Assembly: GCA_016783715.1 (NCBI GenBank)
Contig: JADHWA010000003.1
Location: 1 to 49,211 of the forward strand
DNA from: Candidatus Omnitrophota bacterium
Lineage (GTDB): Bacteria > Omnitrophota > Gorgyraeia > Gygaellales > Profunditerraquicolaceae
Reading direction: 5' to 3'
Length of the DNA: 49,211 bases
Shown here: positions 32,411 to 40,615 of the stretch, one piece after another
How the letters are laid out: every line of letters starts with the position of its first letter
Position numbering within the stretch: the stretch's first letter is position 1
Program-made: the position numbers and the translations under genes
The notes under the pieces: model-generated
The model's input: only the letters and a program-made list of their open reading frames with translations
Database searches by the model: none
Told to the model about the DNA's origin: nothing

Positions 32411-32424
32411 CTTTTAACTTTTGG

Positions 32425-33105
32425 CTATGATACTGTCAGTCTCAATCCGGGATTCATGGTTACCGAAATAAACAGGCTCCTGACGAACTTACCCTTAACC
32501 GAAGATGGCTTTGCCTCATTTATTGCCTCAATGACCTTTGTGGCATTATCAGATAATTGCTCCGGAGAGAAGGAAACTTTTCCTACGCTCAAATGTATTC
32601 CACCTTGCTTATCAACGCGAAACTCAACCTTGCCTTTGCGCACATCCTCAATTGCCTTAGTGATATCATTGGTAACCGTCCCTGTCTTGGGGCTAGGCAT
32701 CAAACCACGCGGCCCTAGGATCTTACCAAGCTTACTTAATTCCCTCATCATCTCAGGAGTCGATATCGCACAATCAAAATCCAGGAACCCTCCCTGGACC
32801 TTTTCAATCAGATCCTCTGCGCCTACATAATCGGCCTGCGCATCCTTAGCCTTGGCTTCATGCTCTCCTTTGCAGAAAACCGCAACCCTTATCTTCTTAC
32901 CGGTGCCATGCGGCAGGACTACCGTACCGCGGACCATCTGGTCTGACTTCTTAGAATCCACGTTCAGGCTAAAATGCAGGTCTACTGAACTATCAAACTT
33001 AGGCGCCTTGAATTTCTTTAAAGTTGCAATCGCCTCTTGCAACTGAAAAATTTTGCTATTATCCGTCTCTTTAACTGATTCTCTATATCTTTTACTTTTT
33101 TTCAT
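32425..33105 (-). CDS. rplA: 50S ribosomal protein L1
   Basis: [23 protein letters not shown]. Confidence 0.98.
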   Translation of the reverse strand: MKKSKRYRESVKETDNSKIFQLQEAIATLKKFKAPKFDSSVDLHFSLNVDSKKSDQMVRGTVVLPHGTGKKIRVAVFCKGEHEAKAKDAQADYVGAEDLIEKVQGGFLDFDCAISTPEMMRELSKLGKILGPRGLMPSPKTGTVTNDITKAIEDVRKGKVEFRVDKQGGIHLSVGKVSFSPEQLSDNATKVIEAINEAKPSSVKGKFVRSLFISVTMNPGLRLTVS

Positions 33106-33622
33106 CTGTCTTATCCGCTGCCTTCTCTGCTGGTTTGGCTGCAGGTTCTGCCTGCGCCTCTTCTTCGGGTTTTGCGGTTATATGGGCATCTGAGAGCTTC
33201 TCTACCACCTCTATACCCATGCTTCTGGCGGTCCCCTCGATTGTCTTGATCGCCTGTTGAATATCTGTAGTATTTAGGTCCTTCATCTTCTGCTTGGCGA
33301 TATCCTCTACCTGCTTACGCTCGACCGCACCTATGATTTCTTTGCCGGCGATACCTGAGGCCTTAGCCAGGTTTGCTGCACGTTTGAGCAATACCGAAGA
33401 TGGCGGGCTCTTAACTATAAAGGTAAAGGATCTGTCTTCAAATACGGTAATTACTGCCGGCATGATCAATCCTTCTTTGCCCTTGGTCTGCTCATTGAAT
33501 TGCTTACAAAACTGCATGATATTGACACCATGCTGACCTAATGCCGGGCCTACCGGAGGCGCCGGATTTGCCTGTCCGGCCGGACAATACAATTTTATTT
33601 GTGCTGTAATCTTCTTAGCCAT
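33092..33622 (-). CDS. rplK: 50S ribosomal protein L11 with C-terminal extension
   Basis: [20 protein letters not shown]; start moved to the ATG at 33622. Confidence 0.98.
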   Translation of the reverse strand: MAKKITAQIKLYCPAGQANPAPPVGPALGQHGVNIMQFCKQFNEQTKGKEGLIMPAVITVFEDRSFTFIVKSPPSSVLLKRAANLAKASGIAGKEIIGAVERKQVEDIAKQKMKDLNTTDIQQAIKTIEGTARSMGIEVVEKLSDAHITAKPEEEAQAEPAAKPAEKAADKTDEKK

Positions 33623-33623
33623 A

Positions 33624-33853
33624 TTAAATGAGCCCACAACTTACGGAACGACAGTAAACGTAAGTTGTCTGGGCGAATTTAACCCCCCACCACTTTTCTA
33701 TAAAGCTTTTTAATTTTATTCTCCGATTTTGCCAAATGCTTCACGATTAATTTTTACCACCCATCCACGATACAAAAAGTGGTGGGGGGTAAGTTCGGTC
33801 ATATAACTTAGCTTCTCCGCCTGCGGCGGATCGCTAAGTTATGACCTCACTTA
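33624..33853 (-). repeat. Junction element copy 9 (type A centre), between nusG and rplK
   Basis: ttaaatga|gccca..tgggc|gaattt..ttc|ggtc..gacc|tcactta. Confidence 0.94.
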
Positions 33854-34378
33854 TATCTTCTCTACTTGCCAGTATTCTAATTCTACGGGAGTTGACCTGC
33901 CGAATATAGAAACGCTGACCTTGAGTTTTCCCCTTTCGGGATGTATCTGCTCTATGGTGCCATTAAAGTTTACAAATGGACCCTCGTTTACCCGGACCTG
34001 TTCCCCTTCTTCAAAGATGGTCTTCGGACTGGGCTTGGCTTCGGTCTCCTTGGTTCTCTTTAAGATGCTATCGACTTCCGCCTGCGGCAGAGGCATCGGC
34101 TTCTTTCCTAAGCCGATAAATCCTGTGATTCCCGGAGTTGTCTTAATCAAAAGATATGCTCTTTCGTCAAGATCCATCTCCACAATAAGATAACCGGGAA
34201 AAAATTTCCGCGCAGAGATCTTCTTCTTACCTGAGCGGATTTCGGAAACCTGCTCGGTAGGGATAATTATCTGAGTAATTGCCTCCTGCATCCCCTGGGT
34301 TGAGATTCTATTCTCCAACAGGGTCTTGACCTTATCTTCTGCTCCGGTTTGCGTATGAACAACGTACCACTTCTTCAT
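33851..34378 (-). CDS. nusG: Transcription termination/antitermination factor NusG
   Basis: WYVVHT, FPGY, IFGRSTPVEL. Confidence 0.98.
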   Translation of the reverse strand: MKKWYVVHTQTGAEDKVKTLLENRISTQGMQEAITQIIIPTEQVSEIRSGKKKISARKFFPGYLIVEMDLDERAYLLIKTTPGITGFIGLGKKPMPLPQAEVDSILKRTKETEAKPSPKTIFEEGEQVRVNEGPFVNFNGTIEQIHPERGKLKVSVSIFGRSTPVELEYWQVEKI

Positions 34379-34383
34379 AATAG

Positions 34384-34575
34384 TTATTTAAATAATCGGC
34401 TTAAGACTTGAGATAGGATCAAATCTATGGTTCCGATAAATAACGTCACGATCCCGGTTACCATGATCACAACCACCGTCGCCCCCATCAACTCCTGACG
34501 CGTCGACCAGGATACCTTGCTTAACTCCTGTTTAACTTCCCTTAAAAACTTTATCGGTTTAAATAATATTTTCAT
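34384..34575 (-). CDS. secE: Preprotein translocase subunit SecE
   Basis: EL.KVSW motif plus one transmembrane helix; lies upstream of nusG. Confidence 0.93.
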   Translation of the reverse strand: MKILFKPIKFLREVKQELSKVSWSTRQELMGATVVVIMVTGIVTLFIGTIDLILSQVLSRLFK

Positions 34576-34591
34576 TATTTTTGTATTTTAG

Positions 34592-35029
34592 CCGTAACCA
34601 ACAGGAGCGGCAGGGCTGCGAACCTGTCGTTCGCTTTCGCTCACTCCTCATAGGGAAAACCGTTTGGTTTTCCCTCCATGACGCTCTCCGCCTTCGGCGG
34701 ATCGCTGTCACCCTTTCCTCCGCAAATTATCAAATATTCTTAAGGGGAAAACAATCTTTTCCCCTTAATAATCCCCTTTTTAGGTTCTCGCCGTAACCAA
34801 CAGGAGCGGCAGGGCTCGAACCTGTCGTGCCCCTTATTCGGCGGGGTCACTCCTCATAGGGAAAACCCGTTTGGTTTTCCCTTATGACGCCCCTCATCTT
34901 TTACGCTGGGCTGTCACCCTTTCCTTCGCATCTTTTCAATTTTCCTTAAGGGGAAAACAATCTTTTCCCCTTAAGAACCCCTTTCGAGGTTCTCCCCGTA
35001 ACCAACAGGAGCGGCAGGGCTCGAACCTG
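34592..35029 (-). repeat. Tandem ~200-bp repeat; each unit ends in a copy of the tRNA-Trp 3' end
   Basis: ccgtaaccaacaggagcggcagggct(g)cgaacctg at 34592, 34791 and 34996; the units share internal hairpins. Confidence 0.9.
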
Positions 35030-35076
35030 CAGTCACGGTTTTGGAGACCGTTGGTTTGCCATTAACCGACGCTCCT
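35006..35076 (-). tRNA. tRNA-Trp (CCA); 3' CCA not encoded
   Basis: AGGAGCG acceptor stem, anticodon arm ACGGT-CTCCAAA-ACCGT, GGTTCGAG T-loop. Confidence 0.95.
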
Positions 35077-35080
35077 ATTT

Positions 35081-35269
35081 TTATCGAGCAGATAACTTAC
35101 GGAGCGATGCGTCGTAAGTTATAACTGCTTCATATCTTATTAGCAGTGTCTGCGAGCTAACCCCGCACCCAGTCTAGTATCTACTACTACTTGTTTGGGT
35201 GCGGGGTAAATTCTGACAGAGACTTATGTTCTCCGTCCTCGGCGGATCCATAAGTCTCGTCATCATTTA
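35081..35269 (-). repeat. Junction element copy 10 (type C centre), between rpmG and tRNA-Trp
   Basis: ttatcga|gcaga..tctgc|gagctaaccccgcaccc..gggtgcggggtaaattc|tgac..gtca|tcattta. Confidence 0.88.
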
Positions 35270-35412
35270 ATTTCTTTATGCGCAGAATGCTTGCGGCAGA
35301 ACCTACAATATTTGGAGAGTTCCAGTCTGTCCTGATGCAATCGCTTATTTTTGGTTGTAGTATAATTCCTGTTTTTACAAACCGTACATTCTAACGTAAT
35401 TAATTCCCGCAT
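35263..35412 (-). CDS. rpmG: 50S ribosomal protein L33 (zinc-binding type); not in the ORF track
   Basis: Manual translation: [49 protein letters not shown]. Confidence 0.96.
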   Translation of the reverse strand: MRELITLECTVCKNRNYTTTKNKRLHQDRLELSKYCRFCRKHSAHKEIK

Positions 35413-35457
35413 AACAGTTTTACCGTTTAAATTTACTGCCCCTGTCTAAAAAAAATA

Positions 35458-35530
35458 AGCTGGAGACGGGGATCGAACCCGTGACCCCGTCCTTACCAAG
35501 GACGTGCTCTACCAACTGAGCTACTCCAGC
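35458..35530 (-). tRNA. tRNA-Thr (GGT); 3' CCA not encoded
   Basis: GCTGGAG acceptor stem, TAGCTCAGTTGGTAGAGC D-arm, GGT anticodon, GGTTCGAT T-loop. Confidence 0.96.
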
Positions 35531-35683
35531 AAGCTAAGGACACGGCCATTCTTTGCATTTTCCGTCGACAAACAAAAAAAACCTAAAAAATTTATAGAAT
35601 CCCCACCCTCTAAAAATACACTGAATTCTTAGGCAAATTTGCTGTAACCCTAAGATTTTATTGGAGATTTACACAGACTCGTA

Positions 35684-35711
35684 AGTATATATTAAAATTG
35701 CAGATTGTCAA
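35684..35711 (-). promoter_or_regulatory. sigma70-type promoter for the tRNA-Thr/rpmG superoperon
   Basis: TTGACA-16 nt-TATACT on the minus strand, with an A/T-rich UP-like tract upstream. Confidence 0.75.
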
Positions 35712-35799
35712 GTTTTTTTTGTGTTTTTATTAAAAAACTCAAAAAAGGCTAAAAAACTGATTAAAAAGATTTAATAAACGACTGCTCTAGATGTGGCCT

Positions 35800-35960
35800 C
35801 TTTTTACCCACCTTCGCAGAAAGCCATGTCCGTAAGGCCGTGGGTGAATGCATAGTGGGTAACCCGCCAAAGACGAAAGTTCTCATGAGCGAAGGCGGAT
35901 ACTGCTTCGGCGGGTTTCGCCGAAGCAAGCGAAGATGCTTTTGGCCGATAGGCCGTAGAG
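35800..35960. other. Hairpin-rich non-coding segment downstream of rsmA, including an IS200/IS605-end-like motif
   Basis: ttacccac..gtgggtaa stem enclosing aagccatgtccgtaaggccgtggg; tgcttcggcg/cgccgaagca and ggcc-gata-ggcc hairpins. Confidence 0.45.
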
Positions 35961-35962
35961 CT

Positions 35963-36760
35963 TCACTTTTTTAATGAATTGGCGAGATTTGCGAAGTCCT
36001 GGAGGGTAAGTCTTTCGGGCCGGATCTTCCTGTCTATATCATACTCCCTAAAAAAGCTCTCTAGCCGGCCATCAGGGACAATTCTACGCAAACTGTTGAC
36101 CAGGGTCTTCCTCCTCTGATTAAATGCGCTGCGGATAAGTTTAAAGAAGAGCTTCGGATCTTGGGCATCAACTGCCGGGCAGCTGCGAAACACCAGATGC
36201 AATAATGATGAATCTACTTTGGGGACAGGATAAAATGACCCCTTCTTTATAGAAAAGAGGATTTTGGCCTGGGCATAATACTGGATGAAACAAGTTAGAG
36301 CGCCGTACTCTTTGCTGCCTGCAGGCGAGATCACCCTGCGGGCAAATTCTTTCTGAACCGTAAGAAATACATCCTGAATCAGGCTCCTATATGTCAGGAG
36401 GTATTCGATTATCGGAGTTGTAATATAGTAAGGGATATTTCCGGCCACCCTGATCTTAGCCTCACCCTTTCCAAAGAGCTCTCTAAGGTCAACTTTGATT
36501 ATATCCTTATTGATCAGTTTTACCCGATCCCTAAATTCAGCTAAATTGTTATTAAATGAGTCCTTGAGGTCTTTATCAATCTCTACGGCGTAAACTTTTT
36601 TTGTGCGCTCTGCAACCAGGCGGGTCAACTCTCCCTTACCTGAACCGATCTCCAATACTGTGTCCCGGAGAGAGAAATTGCAGGCGGAAACAATTTTGTT
36701 TAGAACATTTTTATCGGCAAGAAAATTCTGCCCTAGGCTCTTTTTTGGTTTCTTGTGCAT
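35963..36760 (-). CDS. rsmA: 16S rRNA m6,2A dimethyltransferase
   Basis: KSLGQNFL, EIGSG.G.LT, NIPYYIT, PKVDS. Confidence 0.97.
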   Translation of the reverse strand: MHKKPKKSLGQNFLADKNVLNKIVSACNFSLRDTVLEIGSGKGELTRLVAERTKKVYAVEIDKDLKDSFNNNLAEFRDRVKLINKDIIKVDLRELFGKGEAKIRVAGNIPYYITTPIIEYLLTYRSLIQDVFLTVQKEFARRVISPAGSKEYGALTCFIQYYAQAKILFSIKKGSFYPVPKVDSSLLHLVFRSCPAVDAQDPKLFFKLIRSAFNQRRKTLVNSLRRIVPDGRLESFFREYDIDRKIRPERLTLQDFANLANSLKK

Positions 36761-37698
36761 TTTACGGCTAGCTTTATTGCCTCAATCATGGGACGGATAT
36801 CGGCTGCCGGGTTTCTTTTGGCTGCGATATCAAATGCTACCCCGTGCAGCGGCGTGGTCCTGATAAACTCTAACCCCAGAGTCAGGTTAACCCCGGAATC
36901 AGCACCGCTGATTTTTAGCGGAATTAAAGCCTGATCATGAAAGAGCGAGATGACACAGTCAAACTTACCGCCAATTGCCTTAGAGATCGCTGTATCGGCC
37001 GGCAACGGCCCCTGGATGGATGGTATCTTTTTCTTGAGTTTAACCACCGCAGGCTGGATGATCCACTCTTCTTCTCTGCCGATCAGTCCGTTGTCAGAGG
37101 CATGGGGGTTAAGCGCAGAGATAACTATGCGGGGATTCTCAATTTTAAATAGTCGCCTTAATGAATCAAAAGCTATCTCGGTAGTTTTACAAATCCCGGC
37201 GGTTGTTAATCTTGAGGATACAGCATTGAGAGGGATATGGCGGGTAACCAGAGCGCACCTCAGCCGCTTATTCAATAGCATCATCACAGTATCCTTTGCC
37301 CTGCAATTTTGGGCAAAATATTCGGTGTGCCCGGAGTAATTATACCCGGCCAGCTTAACCGCTTCTTTTGAGATCGGCGCGGTTACCAGACAGTCGATTC
37401 GCTTACCTTTAATTAACTCCAATGCCTTATCTAAATACTCAATTGAAGCCCTGCCGTAATCGGCCGAGACCTTGCCAAATTTAAAACCTCTCCTTGAGAC
37501 ATTATTTAAATCTATGAAATCAAGACTCTTCCCTAAACCAGATTCAGCAACTCTATCGAATACCCGGCGGTCTCCGATGATTACAAAGTCGAATCTCCCC
37601 CTTAAGGCAGAAACCGCCCTTGCGGCTATCTCAGGACCTATCCCCGAAGGATCACCCAGGGTTAAACCGATCTTTAAATTAGATAAGGGGCTTTTCAC
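36733..37698 (-). CDS. pdxA: 4-hydroxythreonine-4-phosphate dehydrogenase
   Basis: GDPSGIGPE, TAPISK, GHTE, NPHA, HDQ. Confidence 0.94.
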   Translation of the reverse strand: MKSPLSNLKIGLTLGDPSGIGPEIAARAVSALRGRFDFVIIGDRRVFDRVAESGLGKSLDFIDLNNVSRRGFKFGKVSADYGRASIEYLDKALELIKGKRIDCLVTAPISKEAVKLAGYNYSGHTEYFAQNCRAKDTVMMLLNKRLRCALVTRHIPLNAVSSRLTTAGICKTTEIAFDSLRRLFKIENPRIVISALNPHASDNGLIGREEEWIIQPAVVKLKKKIPSIQGPLPADTAISKAIGGKFDCVISLFHDQALIPLKISGADSGVNLTLGLEFIRTTPLHGVAFDIAAKRNPAADIRPMIEAIKLAVKCTRNQKRA

Positions 37699-38717
37699 TT
37701 AAAGGTCTTAATATAGGAAAGATCTTTGAGTTCCTGGAGCCACACATCCATCTTCTCGCCCATCTCATTATTGACCAGGATCAAGCGTATGTCTTCCTGA
37801 ACCTCCTCCAGGCTTAATTCCCGCGGAGGGATTAAGCTATCGAGCCTGAAGATATAATATGCGCGATCTATCTTAAATGGTTTCGAAGACTCTCCCGGCT
37901 TAAGGTCAAATACTGTCTTCTCGATATCCTCTCTTAGTTCACCGCCCCGATAGACCCTGATCTTATTCATCGAGAGAGAATATCTTTGAGCCAAATCTTC
38001 GAGGCCCTCGCCATTCTTTACGGCTCTGGAGACTTTATCTACCAGCCCCCGATCATCTATACGCAGGGTCCTGAACTCCCATTGTTGCGGCTCTTTAAAA
38101 TCCTGCTTGTGCTGCTGATAGTATGTGGTTACCTCCGAAGGCGTAACGATAATCTTGCCTCGAACATTTTCCTCAATTACCGCATACATCAGCATCTGTT
38201 CGGAGATCTTTTCTTCCAGGTCAGCCTGGGTTATTCCCTGACTGGATAAATCATCGCGGAAATCCGCTTCGCTTCGATAATTCCCTTTGATCTGGTTAAT
38301 CCTGGATTCCAGAACCTCCGGATTAAGTACTATATCGTCCTTCTTAGCCTGCTGCAGGATCAGACGATCTTCTATCAGCTTCCAAAGAAGCTCCGGCTCC
38401 ATCTGCTCCATCTTATCGTCTAGCTGTTTACCGGTATATTCCTGGGCCATCTGCATGCGCATAAAATTCGAAAAATCTTGGAGGTCACGGCGGGTGATCG
38501 CCTCGGAGTTAACGATAACAATGATCTTCTCCTGGGCATAGCAGTTCAGCGCAAAGCATAAAGCGCAAAGCGTAAAACTAAAGCTTAAAACGAAAAGCTT
38601 TGCGCTTAAAACTTTTCCCGCCAGAATATTCCATTGCAGGCGGGACCCCGCAATAGATTTATTTTTGTGGCGGGGAACTTTGCGTTTTGCGCTTTGAGTT
38701 TTGAACTTATCCATCAT
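37695..38717 (-). CDS. SurA/PrsA-like peptidyl-prolyl isomerase chaperone
   Basis: IVN.E.IT SurA N-terminal pattern, degenerate parvulin region, surA-pdxA-rsmA synteny. Confidence 0.8.
   Translation of the reverse strand: MMDKFKTQSAKRKVPRHKNKSIAGSRLQWNILAGKVLSAKLFVLSFSFTLCALCFALNCYAQEKIIVIVNSEAITRRDLQDFSNFMRMQMAQEYTGKQLDDKMEQMEPELLWKLIEDRLILQQAKKDDIVLNPEVLESRINQIKGNYRSEADFRDDLSSQGITQADLEEKISEQMLMYAVIEENVRGKIIVTPSEVTTYYQQHKQDFKEPQQWEFRTLRIDDRGLVDKVSRAVKNGEGLEDLAQRYSLSMNKIRVYRGGELREDIEKTVFDLKPGESSKPFKIDRAYYIFRLDSLIPPRELSLEEVQEDIRLILVNNEMGEKMDVWLQELKDLSYIKTFK
38543..38707. repeat. Inverted heptamer-repeat palindrome within the 5' end of the SurA-like gene
   Basis: Minus strand GTTC-AAAACTC-AAAGCGC-AAAACGC-AAAG ... 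CTTTGCG-CTTTATG-CTTTGCG-CTGAAC. Confidence 0.75.
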
Positions 38718-40608
38718 TTAATTCAACCTTTTTAAATGTACTGATTGCTTCTCTTAAGAGCCGACAGTAAAGATCAAATCCTACCGCGGCAATAAATCCG
38801 TGCTGCTCCTGGCCCAACAGATTACCTGCTCCCCTTATCTCTAAATCCTCCATGGCAATCTTAAAACCTGCCCCCAGATATGAGTGCTCCTTAAGCGCCT
38901 CCAGCCTCTTCTGGGCATCACTATCTAAGATCCCATGCTTTGGAATAAAAAAATATGCATAGGCGGACCTGTCAAATCTGCCTACCCGTCCGCGCAACTG
39001 ATGCAGATCAGACAATCCGAAATGCTGCGCATTATTTACTATAATCGTGTTAACATTCGGTATGTCTATCCCGGACTCAATGATCATCGTAGCGACCAGG
39101 ATATCGATCGCCCCCTCAAGGAACCCAAGCATTACCTTCTCCAGGGTCTTCGGCGGCATCCTTCCGTGGACAACCCCAATTCTGGTATTTGCCGGCAATA
39201 GAGATGCTATTCTTTCTCTAATCCGCGAGATGTCCTCAATGCGATTATGTATAAAAAAGACCTGTCCTTTTCTTTTGAGTTCCTGCCGGCATACCTGAAG
39301 GAGCAGGTCTTCATCATATTTTACCACAACCGTCTTAATAGGCAATCTATTTTGGGGAGGCGTATTAATTACCGAGAGATCCTTGGCTCCGGTCAGACTC
39401 ATATATAATGTCCTAGGAATTGGGGTAGCAGTAAGCGTCAATATATCAGTAGTAAGGCGCACCTTTTTGAGCTTCTCCTTATGTTTTACTCCGAAACGCT
39501 GCTCCTCATCGATAATCACAAGCCCTAGGTCCTTAAAACCTATATCGTCAGACAGTAGCCGGTGCGTGCCGATAATTACATCAACACTCCCTCTCTTTAG
39601 CTCCTCGACAATCGCTTCCTGCTCGGACTTGGTTTTAAAGCGCGAGAGCATCGCCACGTTTAATGGAAAATCCCGAAGGCGCTGGGTAAAATTTTTGTAG
39701 TGCTGCTCAGCCAGAATGGTCGTGGGAACCAAAAAGGCAACCTGCTTATTATCCATTACCGCCTTGAATGCTGCGCGCATAGCTACCTCGGTCTTACCAT
39801 AGCCTACATCACCGCAGAGCAACCTGTCCATTGGCGCAGATGACTCCATGTCGGCTTTGACCTCCTGGGTGGCTTTGATCTGACCCGGAGTCTCTTTATA
39901 GGGAAACCCTGCCTCAAATTGCTCCTGCCAATCTGAATCCTTCGAATATACAAACCCCTTTACCGACAGGCGCATCGCCTGCAGAGTAAGCAGCTCCCAG
40001 GCCATCTTCTGAATACCCCTTCTTGCCCTGGTTTTTATCCGCAGCCACTCCTTAGTCCCCAGGCGGGAAAGCTTAGGCCTGCGCACCTGAAAGGCGATAT
40101 ATTTCTGCACCAGATGCATTGACTCCACCGGCACATAGAGCTTCTCCTGGCGGTCATATTCGACAACGATGTGATCCCTGTATTTTTGACCAACCTTGAT
40201 CTTCTCCAGCCCCAGAAATCTTCCGATGCCGTGCTGATTATGCACCAGGTAGTCGCCGATATTTAAATCCAGGAAATTATCGACGGGGAATTCCTCGGTA
40301 AAGCTAGCCTTCTTTGTGGCGCTATGTGTTTTCCTTACCGGCAGGATTATCGCCATCTTATGCTCCCAGAGGCCTTCCTGCGTCAGGGGGTTAAAGCTCT
40401 TGATTGAAGAGATTGTATCCAGGTCTAACTTGATTCGTATCGGCAACTCGAAGGCGAAAGGAAAGATATCGATAATCTGGCCTCGGCGGGCAAAATCACC
40501 CTCTTCTTTTACACTATCAAACCTTCTGTAGCCAAGTTCACTCAAGGCTACAAAGAAAGGTTCTGTGTCAATATTGGCGCCGGTATAAATTTTGAGGGAT
40601 TTAAACAT
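38707..40608 (-). CDS. mfd: Transcription-repair coupling factor, compact form (~633 aa)
   Basis: UvrB-like segment (GDFARRG.IIDIFP), RID (VH.QHGIG), CGDVGYGKT, DEEQRFG, QLRGRVGR, DLEIRGAGNLLG. Confidence 0.9.
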   Translation of the reverse strand: MFKSLKIYTGANIDTEPFFVALSELGYRRFDSVKEEGDFARRGQIIDIFPFAFELPIRIKLDLDTISSIKSFNPLTQEGLWEHKMAIILPVRKTHSATKKASFTEEFPVDNFLDLNIGDYLVHNQHGIGRFLGLEKIKVGQKYRDHIVVEYDRQEKLYVPVESMHLVQKYIAFQVRRPKLSRLGTKEWLRIKTRARRGIQKMAWELLTLQAMRLSVKGFVYSKDSDWQEQFEAGFPYKETPGQIKATQEVKADMESSAPMDRLLCGDVGYGKTEVAMRAAFKAVMDNKQVAFLVPTTILAEQHYKNFTQRLRDFPLNVAMLSRFKTKSEQEAIVEELKRGSVDVIIGTHRLLSDDIGFKDLGLVIIDEEQRFGVKHKEKLKKVRLTTDILTLTATPIPRTLYMSLTGAKDLSVINTPPQNRLPIKTVVVKYDEDLLLQVCRQELKRKGQVFFIHNRIEDISRIRERIASLLPANTRIGVVHGRMPPKTLEKVMLGFLEGAIDILVATMIIESGIDIPNVNTIIVNNAQHFGLSDLHQLRGRVGRFDRSAYAYFFIPKHGILDSDAQKRLEALKEHSYLGAGFKIAMEDLEIRGAGNLLGQEQHGFIAAVGFDLYCRLLREAISTFKKVELNDG

Positions 40609-40615
40609 TGAAGAT

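Noticed and set aside
34592-35029. CRISPR array (three ~35-bp direct repeats)
   Set aside because: The spacers are ~165 bp and homologous to each other, the repeat is the tRNA 3' end, and no cas genes are present.
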